From Candidatus Latescibacterota bacterium (GTDB taxonomy: Bacteria > Latescibacterota > UBA2968 > UBA8231): DNA of 64,000 nucleotides. Position 1 is the stretch's first letter, and each line of letters starts with the position of its first letter. The stretch covers positions 576,001 through 640,000 of the forward strand of contig CBDAOB010000004.1 of the NCBI GenBank assembly GCA_965197905.1, in the 5' to 3' direction. The position numbers and the translations under genes are program-made. Below the pieces are notes generated by a model. That model was not told the origin of the DNA and ran no database searches. It saw only the letters and a program-made list of their open reading frames with translations. Shown here in pieces: positions 50,204-60,905 of the stretch.

Positions 50204-51781
50204 TCACGCCGTCCCGGCGTGGTTTGATTCCAGCTGTCCGTAGGATTCAATCAGTGGACCATAGACCGTCCTCGAATCCGCTCGGGGTTGGATGGTGGAG
50301 TCGGGGACCGGACGGGTAAACGGGGCCACGACGGTCTGCCATTCCGCCGGTTCGCCCCGTTGCCGACGAAAGCTGAAACATGCTCTCAAGGCCGCGCCCA
50401 GGGCGGCGGAGTTTGTCGTTTCGAAGCGGTGAACCGGACAGCAATGGACGTCGGCGAATATTTGCAGTATCTCGGTGCTTTGAGACGCTCCACCGGTGAC
50501 GTAGAGTGAACTGATCGGCACCCCCATCCACCGTGAGTGAATGACCGACGACATTGCCTGCGCCTCAATGACCCCGCGTACGTTTCGCGGGACATCACCG
50601 GGATCGAGATCTTCCCTGATTACCTTGGGCACCTCCACCTTAGGAGCGATCTCCGGACCAAAGAAAGGGAGCATCATCCCTCCGTCGTTGCCGGGGTGGC
50701 TGCGACGTAGCATCTCCTCAAACCCATCCCAGTCGAGTCCGAACTGATCGCGCACGGCCTCCCGTGCCAGGCTTCCATTCATGAAGCAAATCAGCGCCAT
50801 GTAGTTGGTCCCGTCCGGAGAGGCAAACAAACAACCTTCGCCCTGGGAAGATGTCCGGGGCGCGCTCATGCAGGCGAAAAGGGTATCTGACGTGCCGAGA
50901 CTCAAGGCGACCATTCCCGGTTCCACAAGTCCCATGCCGATCAAGCTACAGGGGTTGTCGCCAGAAAACGGAAGAACCTTGCAGTCTTTCGAAAAGCCGT
51001 ACCGCTCGACAAAATAAGGGCTGATGTTTCCGACGATCTCGTCGGAATGAATTATCGGCGGCATCCTCTCGTCGAGATCGGGCGCGGTGGCGGCCATCGC
51101 TGCCGCACTCCATTGACGACTCGAAATGTCCATGAGATTGGTACCACTTCCGTCACCGGGATCGACGGAAACCAGCCGGCCTGCCAGCAGACTGGCCATG
51201 TAGGAGCTCACCAACCCGATGTAGGCGGTGTCCCGATACCTGTTTGGTTCAGTTTGGCAGAACCGGCGAATCTGGGGACCGCTAAAACGCTCGAATGCGG
51301 TGTTTCCGGTGAGTTCCAATAGCGCCTCTGCCCCCCCGAGCGCGGTTTGAATCTCTTGGCATTGCGCCGCCGTGGAGGTGTCCATCCAGATTGGGGAGCT
51401 GGGGCGGGAGAAAATATCGCCGATCTGAGGTGCCAGCGGTTGGTCTGCGTCGAGTTGGCCCAGCGCTCGGGATGCCCGGTCGTTCAAGTAAACCGTTCCG
51501 TGCTGCTGACCACTGCCCGCGACGGCTGCCAGCGAGCTGAGATCCACGCCGCCGTCACGCATCGATTGGGCAAGTAGATCTACAGCTTCCGCCCACATGA
51601 GCGGGAAGCTATGTACGACGCCGCCGCCGCGATCGACGACCCCGTGCTCGACCCCGTAGGAAGAGGCGAAATGCGCGTCGAAGTTCACCGACACCTCAAG
51701 CTCGATTTCGCCCTTTTCGGCATCGATGACTACGGCGGTCATCGATTGGGTGCTGGCATCGATTCCGAGAAATTTGCTCAC
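50204..51781 (-). CDS. FGGY carbohydrate kinase, xylulokinase-like
   Basis: GIDASTQS, GSGQQHG, ERFSGPQI, GDNP and SLGTSDT motifs. Confidence 0.88.
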   Translation of the reverse strand: MSKFLGIDASTQSMTAVVIDAEKGEIELEVSVNFDAHFASSYGVEHGVVDRGGGVVHSFPLMWAEAVDLLAQSMRDGGVDLSSLAAVAGSGQQHGTVYLNDRASRALGQLDADQPLAPQIGDIFSRPSSPIWMDTSTAAQCQEIQTALGGAEALLELTGNTAFERFSGPQIRRFCQTEPNRYRDTAYIGLVSSYMASLLAGRLVSVDPGDGSGTNLMDISSRQWSAAAMAATAPDLDERMPPIIHSDEIVGNISPYFVERYGFSKDCKVLPFSGDNPCSLIGMGLVEPGMVALSLGTSDTLFACMSAPRTSSQGEGCLFASPDGTNYMALICFMNGSLAREAVRDQFGLDWDGFEEMLRRSHPGNDGGMMLPFFGPEIAPKVEVPKVIREDLDPGDVPRNVRGVIEAQAMSSVIHSRWMGVPISSLYVTGGASQSTEILQIFADVHCCPVHRFETTNSAALGAALRACFSFRRQRGEPAEWQTVVAPFTRPVPDSTIQPRADSRTVYGPLIESYGQLESNHAGTA

Positions 51782-51889
51782 TAGAAACCACTTACGTAGG
51801 TTGTTAATTTTGTAGGAAATAGGTTAAGAAATTGGTTTTGGTCGGCAAGGTGCGAGCATCGATGAAGCACCGAACGAAGTCGGAGTTGT

Positions 51890-53179
51890 ATGGAAGCTTT
51901 ACGAGATACCGATCCGGAAGTCGCTGCGATCGTCGAGGCCGAAAACAGAAGGCAGCATAATAAAATTCGTCTGATCCCATCGGAAAACTACGTCAGCCGG
52001 GCCGTTTTGGAAGCGACCGGTTCCGTCTTGACCAACAAGTACTCCGAGGGATACGCAGGGAAACGTTATTACGAGGGGCAGCAGCAGATCGATCGCCTCG
52101 AAGCGTTGTGTGCGGAGCGAGCCCTTGATCTGTTCGGCGCCGAGCATGTCAACGTGCAGCCCTATTCGGGTTCGCCGGCGAATCAAGCAGTTTATGTCGC
52201 CATGGCCAAACCTGGAGATACGATCATGGGCCAGGCCCTTGATCACGGCGGCCATCTAACCCATGGTGCACCGGTCAGCGTGTCCGGCATTCATTATGAA
52301 TCGATTCAATACGGAATCAACAAAGAAAGCGGCACCCTCGACTACGACCAGGTCGAGCATCTGGCGAAGGAGCACAAACCGCGAATCATCTTTTGCGGCG
52401 CCACGGCTTACCCCAGGATTATCGACTTCGAACGTTTTGCTGCTATCGGACATGGCGTCGGTGCACTCGTAGTTGCCGACATCGCACACATCTCAGGTTT
52501 GGTAGCCGCGGGAGTGCATCCCAGCCCCATTCCGCATGTGGACGTCGTCACCTCGACGACACACAAGACACTGAGGGGTCCGCGGGGCGGCATGATCATG
52601 TGCAAACGCGAATTCGCAGCCGCCATAGACAAGGCGGTTTTCCCGGGATTGCAGGGTGGTCCCCACAATCACACGACAGCAGGATTGGCGGTGGCGCTGA
52701 AGGAGGCGACCTCCGATGAATTCCGCGCGTATGCAGCGCGGATAGTAGAGAACGCCAAAACCCTGGCGGCGGAATTGCAAAAACGCGGATTCGAGCTGGT
52801 CACGGGAGGTACCGAAAATCACTTGCTGTTGATCGACCTGACCAGCCGAGGCATCACCGGCAAACAGATGTCGAAAGCGCTGGATCCGTCGGGTATCGTC
52901 TGCAACTTCAACACGGTGCCTTTCGATCCTAAACCGCCGCGGAACCCGAGCGGCATACGCCTGGGAACACCGGCGATTACGAGCCGAGGATTTGGCGCCG
53001 ATGAAATGAAACTCCTGGCAGGGTGGATGGAGCGCATCGCCGACGCCAGAGCGAACGAATCCTTGGACCTGGATGGCCGGAAGGAGATTTACCGGCAAAC
53101 GGCAGCGGAAGTCAAAGCCGTCTGCGATCGGTTCCCGGCACCCGGTCTGCTCTACACCGAAGTAGGTCAGCCTGCCTAA
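51890..53179 (+). CDS. glyA: Serine hydroxymethyltransferase
   Basis: LIPSENY, GGHLTHG and STTHKTLRGPRGG motifs. Confidence 0.96.
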   Translation: MEALRDTDPEVAAIVEAENRRQHNKIRLIPSENYVSRAVLEATGSVLTNKYSEGYAGKRYYEGQQQIDRLEALCAERALDLFGAEHVNVQPYSGSPANQAVYVAMAKPGDTIMGQALDHGGHLTHGAPVSVSGIHYESIQYGINKESGTLDYDQVEHLAKEHKPRIIFCGATAYPRIIDFERFAAIGHGVGALVVADIAHISGLVAAGVHPSPIPHVDVVTSTTHKTLRGPRGGMIMCKREFAAAIDKAVFPGLQGGPHNHTTAGLAVALKEATSDEFRAYAARIVENAKTLAAELQKRGFELVTGGTENHLLLIDLTSRGITGKQMSKALDPSGIVCNFNTVPFDPKPPRNPSGIRLGTPAITSRGFGADEMKLLAGWMERIADARANESLDLDGRKEIYRQTAAEVKAVCDRFPAPGLLYTEVGQPA

Positions 53180-53359
53180 TCTCAGCCTGGAAACAGATCC
53201 ATGCCCAGACGTAAGAAGAGCCAGGTCAGCGCGGCGATTACTAGAAACGGGGCTACGTGTCTGCCCGTGGTTTTCATACTAGTCTCCCGGGGAGGAAGGA
53301 GCCTAAAACTCAGTGTACTATAATAAATACGACGGGGATTCGCACGAAAAAAACGCATT

Positions 53360-54469
53360 ATGGAGTGGAAACCTGTGAATCGGAGCTCACTAAAGACGGC
53401 TGGTCAGGTCCTTCTCCTGATGCTGGTTCTATACACTTTCCTGGTCAGCATAGGTCTGCTGGGTGCCTCATTCAAACTTTTCGGCAAAGACCTGGCAAAA
53501 CAGATAATAGAAATGACCGCCAATCCGTTGGTGGGACTGTTTGCCGGTATTCTTGCCACGACAATGGTCCAAAGCTCCTCTACCTCAACCTCGATTGCCG
53601 TAGGGATGGTGGCGGGCGGCGCCCTCACGATAGAAGGTGCCGTACCGGTCATCATGGGGGCAAACATCGGCACCAGCGTAACGAACACCCTTGTTTCCAT
53701 GGGGCATATCACGCGCAAGGAGGAGTTCCGCCGGGCGCTGGCCGGCGCCACAGTGCACGATTTTTTCAACTTGATCGCGGTGGCAATCATCCTGCCAATT
53801 GAGATTCTCTTTCACCCCTTGAAATGGTTCTCGGAGAATGTAGCAACCGTATTTGAAGGCGTCGGCGGCATGAAATTTTCTAGCCCGTTGAAACTCGCCA
53901 CCAAACCCGTTGTTGCATGGCTGGTCGAGTTCATGGGCGAGAATCCGACCCTTTGCATCATCGTCGCTCTCCTGCTTATGTACGGGGCGCTCAAGTTTCT
54001 GGTAGATCTCGCCCGTGGCCTGGTGGTCGCCCGGTCAGAGCGTTTCTTGCACCGCTACCTGTTTGGTGCCCCTCTCACCACCATGTTGTTCGGGGTGATC
54101 CTGACCATTTTGGTGCAGAGCAGCTCGATCACTACCTCCATGGTCGTACCGCTTATCGGAGGTGGAATACTAACGCTGCAGCAGATCTTTCCATATATGT
54201 TGGGGGCAAACATAGGAACCACGGTAACGGCTATGCTCGCCTCGCTGGCCACCGGAAATCTCGCCGCAGTGACGGTCGCGTTCGCTCATCTCTTCTTTAA
54301 CCTCTCGGGCATCCTTTTGATCTACCCCATCCCTGCGATCAGGCGTATCCCCATGGCCATGGCCGCCGGCTTGGCAAATCTTACCAGCAGGTCGAGACTC
54401 ATCGCCATCGCCTACGTGGCTCTGGTATTCTATTTGATCCCGCTGCTTCTGGTATTTTCGTGGAGGTAA
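53360..54469 (+). CDS. Na+/phosphate cotransporter (NptA family)
   Basis: Two QSSS and two GANIGT repeats. Confidence 0.92.
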   Translation: MEWKPVNRSSLKTAGQVLLLMLVLYTFLVSIGLLGASFKLFGKDLAKQIIEMTANPLVGLFAGILATTMVQSSSTSTSIAVGMVAGGALTIEGAVPVIMGANIGTSVTNTLVSMGHITRKEEFRRALAGATVHDFFNLIAVAIILPIEILFHPLKWFSENVATVFEGVGGMKFSSPLKLATKPVVAWLVEFMGENPTLCIIVALLLMYGALKFLVDLARGLVVARSERFLHRYLFGAPLTTMLFGVILTILVQSSSITTSMVVPLIGGGILTLQQIFPYMLGANIGTTVTAMLASLATGNLAAVTVAFAHLFFNLSGILLIYPIPAIRRIPMAMAAGLANLTSRSRLIAIAYVALVFYLIPLLLVFSWR

Positions 54470-54472
54470 ACG

Positions 54473-55120
54473 ATGTTGAAGGAACTGTTGTCCAAACAAA
54501 AGTCCTCACTGGTGTACGAAGCCCTTGAGGAGATCCTGAAGATGTTGGAAGGGGCGGAACGGATGTTCGCGATTGGCTGCGACTTCGCTGCTAGAGACGA
54601 AGAAAACGCCCGGGTTATAGCCCAAAGCGATCGCGAAATCAATATCGGTGAAAGGATGGTGCGACGGCTCATCTTTCAACACCTGACGGTCAATCCGAAA
54701 TTCGATCTCCCGGCGAGTCTGGCGATCCTGAGCATCATCCACGACGTGGAACGTCTGGGAGACTATGCGAAAAGTCTGTTCGAACTGAATCAATGGGGAG
54801 ATCTATGTAACGAGGAGAACGCTCACCGCCAACGGTATGCCGAGATACGCAAGGAGGTCGAGCCTCTTTTCTCCCTTACTAGGGAAGCACTCAGCAACGA
54901 CGACGCCGAAACCGCCCGCCAAGTTATGCAAAAACATGAAGCGACCAAGACACTCACCGATGAATTCGTGGCCGAGCTCGTGCAGGATCCAAACGCCGGC
55001 TCGGACTCGGTACTCTATGCTTTGGCCTCCAGATTCCTGCGTCGCACCAGTGGACATCTTTCCAACGTTGCCTCCAGCATTACTAATCCTCTCGACCGAG
55101 TTAGCGGCAAAGTGAGTTAG
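54473..55120 (+). CDS. PhoU-domain protein
   Basis: DREIN..ER and DVERLGDYAK motifs; adjacent to the Na/Pi transporter. Confidence 0.85.
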   Translation: MLKELLSKQKSSLVYEALEEILKMLEGAERMFAIGCDFAARDEENARVIAQSDREINIGERMVRRLIFQHLTVNPKFDLPASLAILSIIHDVERLGDYAKSLFELNQWGDLCNEENAHRQRYAEIRKEVEPLFSLTREALSNDDAETARQVMQKHEATKTLTDEFVAELVQDPNAGSDSVLYALASRFLRRTSGHLSNVASSITNPLDRVSGKVS

Positions 55121-55196
55121 ATGGAGCTGACTACTAACCCCAATACACGCTGACTGAAGTACCGCGAGGCGGAGGGATGTAGCCATCGCATCCGTC

Positions 55197-56087
55197 ATGG
55201 GAAACCAACGCAAGGCGTACGTCTGCGCGGGCTCCGCCGTCTTTCTCTGGTCGACGGTCGCGACCGCCTTCAAGATCGCGCTACAGTACCTGACCGTTCC
55301 GCAACTCCTGTTTTTTTCCAGCCTCGCTTCTGCAGCAGCGTTGGCCGCCATCGCCGTGGTCCAGGGGACTATCGGCCAGCTCTTTTCGGGGACCGCGCGC
55401 CAATATCTTCGCTCCTTCTTGCTTGGTCTACTAAATCCAGTCGCATACTACCTGGTCTTGTTTGCCGCCTATCAACGACTTCCAGCTCAGGAAGCGCAGG
55501 CGCTCAACTATACCTGGGCGCTGACGATCGTTCTGCTATCCGTTCCGCTCATGCGGCAACGCCCAAGAGTTCGCGACATCTTGGCAGGACTGATATGCTA
55601 CGCGGGAGTGCTGATTATAGGAACGCGGGGCGAACCACTGAGTTTGAAGTTCGCCGACGCCACAGGCGTCGCTCTGGCCCTGGGCAGCACCGTGTTGTGG
55701 GCGCTGTATTGGATTTACAATACGAAAGACGATCGGGATCCGATCATCTGTCTACTTCTGGGATTTATCAGTTCGCTACCGGCAAGCGCCGCAATTTGTT
55801 TCGCGACCACCGGATTCGAACTGCCGGGGTGGGAGGGTATCGCTGGGGCCGCCTACGTAGGACTGTTCGAGATGGGCTTCGCGTATTTCCTGTGGTTGTC
55901 TGCTCTTAAGTACTCTGTGAGCACCGCCCGGATAGCCAATCTCATTTTTCTCTCGCCGTTTTTGTCCCTGGTACTGATACACTACATCGTCGGGGAAGAG
56001 ATTCTCGTGTCCACCCTATCGGGTCTCGCCCTGATCATAGCCGGTTTAGGTGTGCAAAAATCCAGACATCGAGCTGACACCGGGTAA
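55197..56087 (+). CDS. EamA/DMT-family transporter
   Basis: About 10 TM helices; LWSTVATAFK and AQALNYTW motifs. Confidence 0.88.
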   Translation: MGNQRKAYVCAGSAVFLWSTVATAFKIALQYLTVPQLLFFSSLASAAALAAIAVVQGTIGQLFSGTARQYLRSFLLGLLNPVAYYLVLFAAYQRLPAQEAQALNYTWALTIVLLSVPLMRQRPRVRDILAGLICYAGVLIIGTRGEPLSLKFADATGVALALGSTVLWALYWIYNTKDDRDPIICLLLGFISSLPASAAICFATTGFELPGWEGIAGAAYVGLFEMGFAYFLWLSALKYSVSTARIANLIFLSPFLSLVLIHYIVGEEILVSTLSGLALIIAGLGVQKSRHRADTG

Positions 56088-56095
56088 AAAAACGC

Positions 56096-56254
56096 TCACT
56101 TCCCGGCCTCGATGATCACCGACGACAAGCTCCGCTGTTTAACGAACTGGACGTCGCCGAAATTTCCACGGAACGCGAAGTAGAGAGCTACCAGCACGAT
56201 CACCAGCATATATACGTACCCGGCGTTTTTTATTTCCTGTCTCACCTCTCTCAT
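56096..56254 (-). CDS. Small hypothetical membrane protein
   Basis: ATG preceded by AAGGAG; single hydrophobic helix. Confidence 0.4.
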   Translation of the reverse strand: MREVRQEIKNAGYVYMLVIVLVALYFAFRGNFGDVQFVKQRSLSSVIIEAGK

Positions 56255-56347
56255 TTCATCTCCTTTCCAACCGTACATTGGAGAACGTCCCGGAGGGCGT
56301 GAACAGTGTCAAGCACGTGAGATGCAACAGGCAGATCGAGGTTTAGC

Positions 56348-56899
56348 TCATGGTATTCCGTATTTGTCCAGAATCGAACTCCACGAACCCTGGGCTTTCA
56401 TAAGAAGCTCGATGACCTCGCGAACGGCCCCATTCCCACCTGGTGCGGTCGTCACGTAGTCGGCGCGCCGACAAACCTCTTCGCGGGCATTGGCGACAGC
56501 CACACCCAAACCCACTCGCTGCATTAGAGGTACGTCGGTCAAGTCATCCCCCATGTACGCCACTTCTACATCGGTCAAACCTGCCTTGGAGCAAATCTCC
56601 TCGTACGGCGGTATTTTCTCCAGATAATTTTGGTAGATGTAGGTAACACCCAACATCTCGGCTCGATGGTTGACGGCTGGCGATTCACGGCCGCTGATGA
56701 CACCCGTTTGAATTCCCGCGCCGTGAGCGAAGCGTAGCCCCATGCCGTCCTGAGTGTTGAACGGTTTGGTCTCCACCATCTCTCCTTGGGATCCAGGCAC
56801 ATAGTAGAGACGTCCATCCGTCCACACGCCATCCACATCCATCAGTAGCAGCCTTATCTTTTGCGCTCGAGCTTGCTGTTCTACCGTCGGCTGGCTCAA
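56348..56899 (-). CDS. kdsC: KDO-8-phosphate phosphatase (HAD family)
   Basis: MDVDGVWTDG, YMGDDLTD and GGNGAVRE motifs; TTG start with GGAGG. Confidence 0.88.
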   Translation of the reverse strand: MSQPTVEQQARAQKIRLLLMDVDGVWTDGRLYYVPGSQGEMVETKPFNTQDGMGLRFAHGAGIQTGVISGRESPAVNHRAEMLGVTYIYQNYLEKIPPYEEICSKAGLTDVEVAYMGDDLTDVPLMQRVGLGVAVANAREEVCRRADYVTTAPGGNGAVREVIELLMKAQGSWSSILDKYGIP

Positions 56900-56900
56900 T

Positions 56901-58404
56901 TCAAACCTCCATCCATTGTCGTCCTTCACCTTCGAGCAGGGATGCAGCTTGAGCCGGACCCCAACTGCCGGCGGGATACGATGGAACCTTCGCCGCCGAA
57001 GACGCACCCCAGGCCTCCTGGATCGGCATGAGCAGCTCCCAGGATTTCTCGATCCAATCGTTGTGGGCGTAAAGGGTAGCGTCCCCCATCAAACAGTCGA
57101 GGATCAAGGTTTCGTACGCCTCCGGACTCCGGGCCCCGAAGGTCTCCTCGTAGTCGAAGTCCATCTTCACGGTACCCAAATTCATGTCCGGACCTGGGGT
57201 CTTTCCGCTGAACGACAGAGAGATGCCTTCTTCCGGCTGGATGCGGATAGTAAGCGTACTGCAGCGAACATCGCTGTGTTGGAAAATAAGGTGAGGGGGT
57301 TCCCGAAATTGCAAGGTTATGGCCGTCGCCCGCCTTGCCAATCGTTTGCCGGTGCGAATCGCAAACGGTACTCCCTGCCACCGCCAGTTGTCGATCGTAA
57401 ACATAACGGCAGCGTATGTCTCGGTTTTGGATATGCGATCCACGCCGCTTTCCTCGAGGTACCCACTGGCGTTCTCCCCGTCGATCGCGCCAACGCCGTA
57501 CTGGGCTCGAACGGCATACCGATCAACCTCGCCGATACTAAACGGCCGAATCGACTTGAGAACCTTTAGTTTTTCGATACGCACGCTTTCCGCATCGAAC
57601 GCGCTTGGTGGTTCCATGGCGATCACGCACATGACCTGCAGAAGGTGATTCTGGAATCATGTCGCGAAGGGCACCGGCCACTTCATAATATTGAGCGCGG
57701 TGCTCCACGCCCACGGTTTCGGCAGCCGTGATCTGTACGTGATCGACGTACCTGCGGTTCCACAGCGGTTCGAACATCGAGTTGGCCAGGCGAAACACCA
57801 GGATGTTCTGAACCGTTTCCTTGCCCAAGTAATGATCGATGCGATAGATCTGATGCTCGGCAAACACGCGGTGCAGAGACTGATTGAGCTCCCGAGCTGA
57901 ATTAAGATCATGCCCGAACGGCTTTTCGAGGATGATTCTAACCCACCCATCGGAGCTATCCCCTTCCTCATGCAGGCCGGCAATGCCGAGCTGCTCTACG
58001 ATTGCCAGATAGATCTGTGGCGGCACGGAACAGTAGAAACAGCGATTCCCCTTGGTGGAACAGGTGCGATCGAGCTCATCGAGGTGGGACCTCAACCTGA
58101 TGTAGGTCTCCGGATCCTGCGGATCTCCGCTGATATACGACAGCTTCCCCAGAAAACCTTCCAGGGCTTGCGCATCTACGTCGCCGACGAACGTGTGCAC
58201 CGCCTCCCCCATCTGTTGGCGGAAACCGTCGTTGTCCATTGAGCTGCGCGCCGCGCCGACCAGTGCGAACTGTTCAGGTAGACGCCCTTGCTGGTTCAAA
58301 TGCCATATAGCTGGAAGCAGTTTGCGGCGAGTCAGGTCGCCGGAGGCGCCAAAAATCACGAGAACGCACGGATCTGGAGTGCGTTGGGACGACATGAACG
58401 ACAC
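56901..58404 (-). pseudogene. zwf: Glucose-6-phosphate dehydrogenase with a +1 frameshift near 57655 (possibly a sequence error)
   Basis: GASGDL and RIDHYLGKE in one frame; the expected RDMIQNHLLQ is broken as ATG ATT C CAG AAT CAC; NWRWQGVPF..RTGK in the second frame. Confidence 0.88.
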
Positions 58405-58456
58405 GGTCGCGGACCTCTTGGAGAATTCTGCTGAAAGGCCGATCGGTTGAGGCCGA

Positions 58457-59590
58457 TCAGGCGCGCTTGGGAGTGGCTTCGCGCTGGGACTCGATCTCGC
58501 CGAGCAGCTTGTTGAAAGGCTCCTCGAACAACCGGACGGCGTCCACCTGAAGCTTATCGGTAACCTCCGCGATGGAAATACCGAGTTCGTCTAGCTTTGC
58601 GATAGTGGCCCGAGCACCCTCGACATCATCTTGAATCGTCGATTTGGGCACACCGTGATCGCGGAATGCCTTCACGGTGGCTTCTGGCATCGTATTGACC
58701 GTATCGGGCCCGATCAACTCTTCGACGTACATGACATCTCTGTACTCTGGATTTTTTGTGCTGGTACTTCCCCACAGAAGCCGCTGTGTGCGGGCGCCCT
58801 TGCCGGCCAGCTTCTCCCATCGCTCGCTCTGACACAACTCGCTATAGGCCTGGTACGCCAGCTTGGCGTTGGCGATGGCTACCTTGCCCATGAGCATGCG
58901 AGCCGACTCTGCGCCTTCAGCTTCGATTTCCCTTGCCTTTCGCTCTAGGATGTCGTCAACCATCGAGTCGATCCGGCTGATGAAGAAGCTGGCGACGCTG
59001 GAAACCGAATCCAAAGGACCTCCCTTTGCGGCCAGCGCCTCCAAGCCGCCCAAATATGCTTCCGCCGCCTGCAGGTAGTTGTCCACGGCGAACAACACCG
59101 TCACATTGACGTTTATTCCGTCCCCGATCAGTTGCTCGATCGCGGGGATCCCGGCTGCCGTCCCCGGCACCTTGATCATCAGATTCTCCCGGTCTACTTG
59201 AGCGGCCAGTCGGGTAGCCTCCCGAATTGTACCCGACGTATCGAAAGCTAGATGGGGCGATACCTCCAGGGACACGTAGCCATCTCTTCCGACGCTGGAA
59301 TCGTAGACCGGCTTGAGCAGATCAGCTACCCATTGAATGTCTTCGATGGCGATGGCTTCGTAGATCTCCTTCGCGTCCTTTCCGGTACGCGCAAGAGCCC
59401 GCAACGCCTGGGTGTAGTCGGAAGAACCAGATATCGCTTTCTCGAAGATCGCCGGATTCGAAGTGAGCCCGCGAAGACCATCGTTTTCGATGAGAGAAAG
59501 CAGTTCGCCGGACACGATGAGACGCCTGCTTATGCTGTCGAACCAGACGCTTTGGCCGAGACTGTGTAGCTCCACCAGGGGATTTGGCAT
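58457..59590 (-). CDS. tal: Transaldolase (type 2)
   Basis: GQSVWFD, GLTSNPAIF, VSLEVSP, NLMIKVP and SFFISRID motifs. Confidence 0.93.
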   Translation of the reverse strand: MPNPLVELHSLGQSVWFDSISRRLIVSGELLSLIENDGLRGLTSNPAIFEKAISGSSDYTQALRALARTGKDAKEIYEAIAIEDIQWVADLLKPVYDSSVGRDGYVSLEVSPHLAFDTSGTIREATRLAAQVDRENLMIKVPGTAAGIPAIEQLIGDGINVNVTVLFAVDNYLQAAEAYLGGLEALAAKGGPLDSVSSVASFFISRIDSMVDDILERKAREIEAEGAESARMLMGKVAIANAKLAYQAYSELCQSERWEKLAGKGARTQRLLWGSTSTKNPEYRDVMYVEELIGPDTVNTMPEATVKAFRDHGVPKSTIQDDVEGARATIAKLDELGISIAEVTDKLQVDAVRLFEEPFNKLLGEIESQREATPKRA

Positions 59591-59900
59591 TGCAACTAAC
59601 TCCTTAGACATGAGGCCGGTTACCATCCCGGACAATCACTGCATCGGACACAAAAAAACTCGCACCGGGGTTTGCGGCATAATTAACGAACATCCCCAGG
59701 TCCGAGCAATAAAGAAAGGCTACAGCGGCAGTGCCACCATAGCCCCCCACTCCGCCTCGTTTGATGGTACCAAGGTAATTTCGCATGGCGAGATTGTCAA
59801 CGAGTATAACTCATCCTTCGCAGTTGCCTTGCGAAGATTGTTGGGGCACCACGCGTCCACTTTGTTGTAGCGTGCCTGGACGCAAACTATATTCTCGTTC

Positions 59901-60783
59901 ATGGAGAGATACCTGGTAACGGGCGGAGCGGGATTCATCGGATCACACATGTGCGAAAAACTGCTGCGGGACGGCCACTCCGTTCGCATTCTGGACAATT
60001 TCTCCTCTGGAAAGGAAGCAAACCTCGCCGCCGTTCAGGCAGACGTGGAGATTCTCGACGGTGATGTTCGCGAAGAAGAAATGGTAGGTCGCGCGGTCAA
60101 AGACGTGGACATCATAGTACATCACGCAGCCATCGCTTCCGTCGCCCACTCTGTGGAAAACCCGATACTTGAGCACGAAGCGATTTGTTCTTGCCAGCAC
60201 GGCGGCAGCGTACGGCGACGATCCAACACCGGCGAAAAAGGAATCCTTAAGACCTCGACCCCAGTCTCCCTATGCCATCTCGAAGGTTTCGTCGGAACAC
60301 TACTGCCGCGTATACAGCGACCTGTTCAGCCTCGAAATGATTGTGTTGCGCTATTTCAACGTTTTTGGTCCGCGCCAGGATGCTAGTTCGGATTACTCGG
60401 GCGTCATTTCGATCTTCGTCGATCGCATGCTCGAAGGTCGGCGACCGAAAATCTTCGGCGATGGTGAGCAATCACGCGATTTCGTATTCGTCGACGACGT
60501 GGTTAATGCGACATTGTCGGCCTGCGAGGCGCCACGTGCCAGCGGAGAGATCTTCAACGTGGGATGCGGGTGCGGTATTTCCGTTGGTCAGCTTGTGCGA
60601 GAGCTCAATTCGATTCTCGATTCCGCTATCGAGCCCGAGTTCGCAGCGCAACGGCCGGGAGACCTGAGATCCTCGCTCGCGGACATATCAAACGCCGAGA
60701 AGCACTTGGGATACGCTCCGACAGTCAGCTTCGCCCTGGGTCTGAGACGAACGGTCGACTGGGTTCGAACGCAAGGCTCCTGA
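59901..60783 (+). pseudogene. NAD-dependent nucleotide-sugar epimerase/dehydratase with an internal deletion near 60180
   Basis: VTGGAGFIGSH in one frame; YAISK, RYFNVFGPRQ and RDFVFV in another; the N..GT.N.L helix is missing. Confidence 0.82.
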
Positions 60784-60905
60784 CTCAAGGTTGAATTCGA
60801 CATGTTTGGTATTCGAACTTCAACAAACCTATATTGCACAGAAGTATTTCGGGACCAAAACGGCGAAGGAATTGAAAAGGCGCGTCTACTCGCGAATCCG
60901 ATCTC

